DNA of 64,000 nt from Azolla caroliniana (taxonomy: Eukaryota; Plantae; Polypodiophyta). Where the stretch lies: assembly GCA_043228905.1 (NCBI GenBank), contig JBHGNT010000018.1, positions 4,402,001 to 4,466,000 of the forward strand, read 5' to 3'. Shown one piece after another: positions 62,050-64,000 of this stretch. Below the pieces are notes generated by a model that searched no databases, was not told the origin of the DNA, and saw only the letters and a program-made list of their open reading frames with translations. Every line of letters begins with the position of its first letter. Position 1 is the stretch's first letter. The translations under genes were made by a program, and so were the position numbers.

Positions 62050-63600
62050 TTCCTTATCTTTCTTTTCTTTTAACTCTTTTCTTATTCAATGTAGTTTTTG
62101 GCTTCAATTCGTGACACCGTGAATGTCTCTTCCCTTTTAGAGGCAACTTCTTAAGTCTTACACATGCATCATGATTCTTCAATGATAAAAAATGAATATA
62201 TATTTGAAATAGAGCCATAACACATATTTTTCCCACATTTGATTGGTCATGTAAGTTCTTACAATGCATAAACAAATTCATAAGAGTTAATTTACAATAA
62301 GTTTCAACATGCTTCTCCCCTTTAGATTTCCCCAAAATTTACGACATGCATGTGCTCTCTCTTGGGCGAAGAGAAATGGTCAAATTAACTTGCCTTATTC
62401 TTCTTTGTCTTTTTAATAAATCGTTTGTATGCATATAGATACTTTTGATAATTTTCTTTATCTTTCACTACGTTTAAACTTGTAAAGTACTTTTGGGCTT
62501 AGTGAACCATTTTTTAATTAAGCACGTCTAAACTCATAAAGCACTTTTGGGTTTCTTTGCATTATTTATCAAACCATTTTTCCCATTAAGCTACATTGAA
62601 TGATACATTTGTAAGAGAATGTTTGACTTAATAACATTTATTTGCACATAGATAACTAGATTTCTTAAAATTTTTGGAGTTCATATCCTAGAGTTGCATC
62701 ATTTTAGACATTTATCTTTTATAATATGTTGTCAACCATCTTGGCATACACAAAGGTTTTCTTTTAAAGTTTGTGCACGAATATAGTTGTCCTGCAATGT
62801 TTAAACTTCACATGTACTCAAGTTCTTTCACACATTTAAGATCAAGGCGTAAAGTCTAATGTTTACATTCCAAAGTCCAATACCCAAGTGAAAGATCATA
62901 TATATGATGATCCAAGATACTTTGTGAAAATATCATATAATCAGTCACACTATTTCTTTTGTGTTTTCTACATGCAAAACCATCAATATCATTCTATGGA
63001 GCTAGCCATTTTCAATAAGCATTCTTGTACTATTGTATATTTGTCGAAAATAACTTTCCATATTGACATGAATTGTTTTCATCAATAAAAGGGCGACTAG
63101 ACTAGTGTATATTAGCTTGCATCCTTAAGATAGAGAACATGAAAATTTGTCATGTGTCTTCTTGCAAAATTCTCATACACGCGTTTAATTCGCCAAAGGC
63201 AATAATATTTCCCTCGGCTTTAATGAAGTAAGCAATGCCATAATCTAGATTGATAGAAGATCAATATGTATGTATCTAAACAAGCGAATTTGTGATGAGG
63301 AATTATGGCACCTAATCATACCATGAAACGATATAGGAATGTAATGTGTTGTGTCAATGCGCATCAACTTGAACGATAGAAATGTTATAGTCCAATCCTC
63401 ACTTCATTAAAACATGGCACCCCCTTGTCCATTTCGTGGATGTCTTGGATTTCTTACCAATACCCAAAGATTGTGCGCATCTGCATATGTCCAAACAATT
63501 GAATCCTAAGGAGTATTGTGCCTCCCCATGTACTGACAAGAGAGTATCTATGTCAATGCCCACATTCCATGGGTATCCAAACACACGGAGAGCAAGCCAA
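62050..63600 (-). mobile_element. Highly degenerate LINE endonuclease remnant (same type as the 32-36 kb LINE)
   Basis: Hand translation gives GNIIAFGELNA (GDFNA-like), NGLA and SVTDYMIF (VDY-like), with many stops. Confidence 0.5.
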
Positions 63601-64000
63601 AGCCAAGTGCAGGTCAATTGGTCGGAGTTTACAATATTTGTCAAGCAAGGAACCCATACATTTTAACCCCCCCTCTTGTACACTACATGTGCGCAACATC
63701 ACTAAGTAAAATAGAGAGGAGAAGAGGCAACAGGGAGATTTGAACCCTAGTGGGGCACAAACGGGCCCAGTTGTTAAGTCAACAAAATTGACATACATGC
63801 ACCATAGCAACATGTCTCCTATATATAGGAGACATGTATATATGTCATAGTATGTATGCCTGTGTATCTCTCTCTATCCATACATAGATACATACATACA
63901 TACATATATATTTATAAATTATAATACATCATTATTAATTAATTATATGTATGTATATAATTATAATTATATATATACATAATATACATATGTAATATAT

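Overview
This is eukaryotic land-plant genomic DNA, not prokaryotic. It has spliceosomal GT-AG genes, plant Ty1/copia elements, (GA)n/(GT)n microsatellites and many CGA>TGA / CAG>TAG lesions typical of methylated repeats. The style suggests a seed-free plant such as a fern, but this cannot be established from the window. There are two host genes: an intact 5-exon PEX13 (minus, 27199-31767) and a RING-CH (C4HC3) gene model that seems to lack its transmembrane tail (plus, about 17445-19961). The rest is mostly nested transposons: seven Ty1/copia copies (labelled A-G; E at 38836-44127 is young and almost intact), a non-coding Arg-primed LTR element, a small Ty3/gypsy derivative with its solo LTR, a chromovirus remnant, several LINEs, a hAT-type MITE and a SINE-derived tandem array. 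I found no new multi-gene system. The most unusual observations are: (1) an inverted LTR end carrying exactly 18 nt of tRNA 3' sequence, apparently an integrated plus-strand strong-stop cDNA (7995-8165); (2) a gypsy family with 4-bp ATAT TSDs, a tRNA-Ala-type PBS and an integrase resembling arthropod elements; (3) the same in-frame TAG at the start of RT in two diverged copia copies; (4) a tRNA-shaped Pol III module inside an LTR; (5) a gag swap and a non-canonical TG..TA LTR end in the young copia. All alignments were done by eye and boundaries of degenerate elements are approximate.
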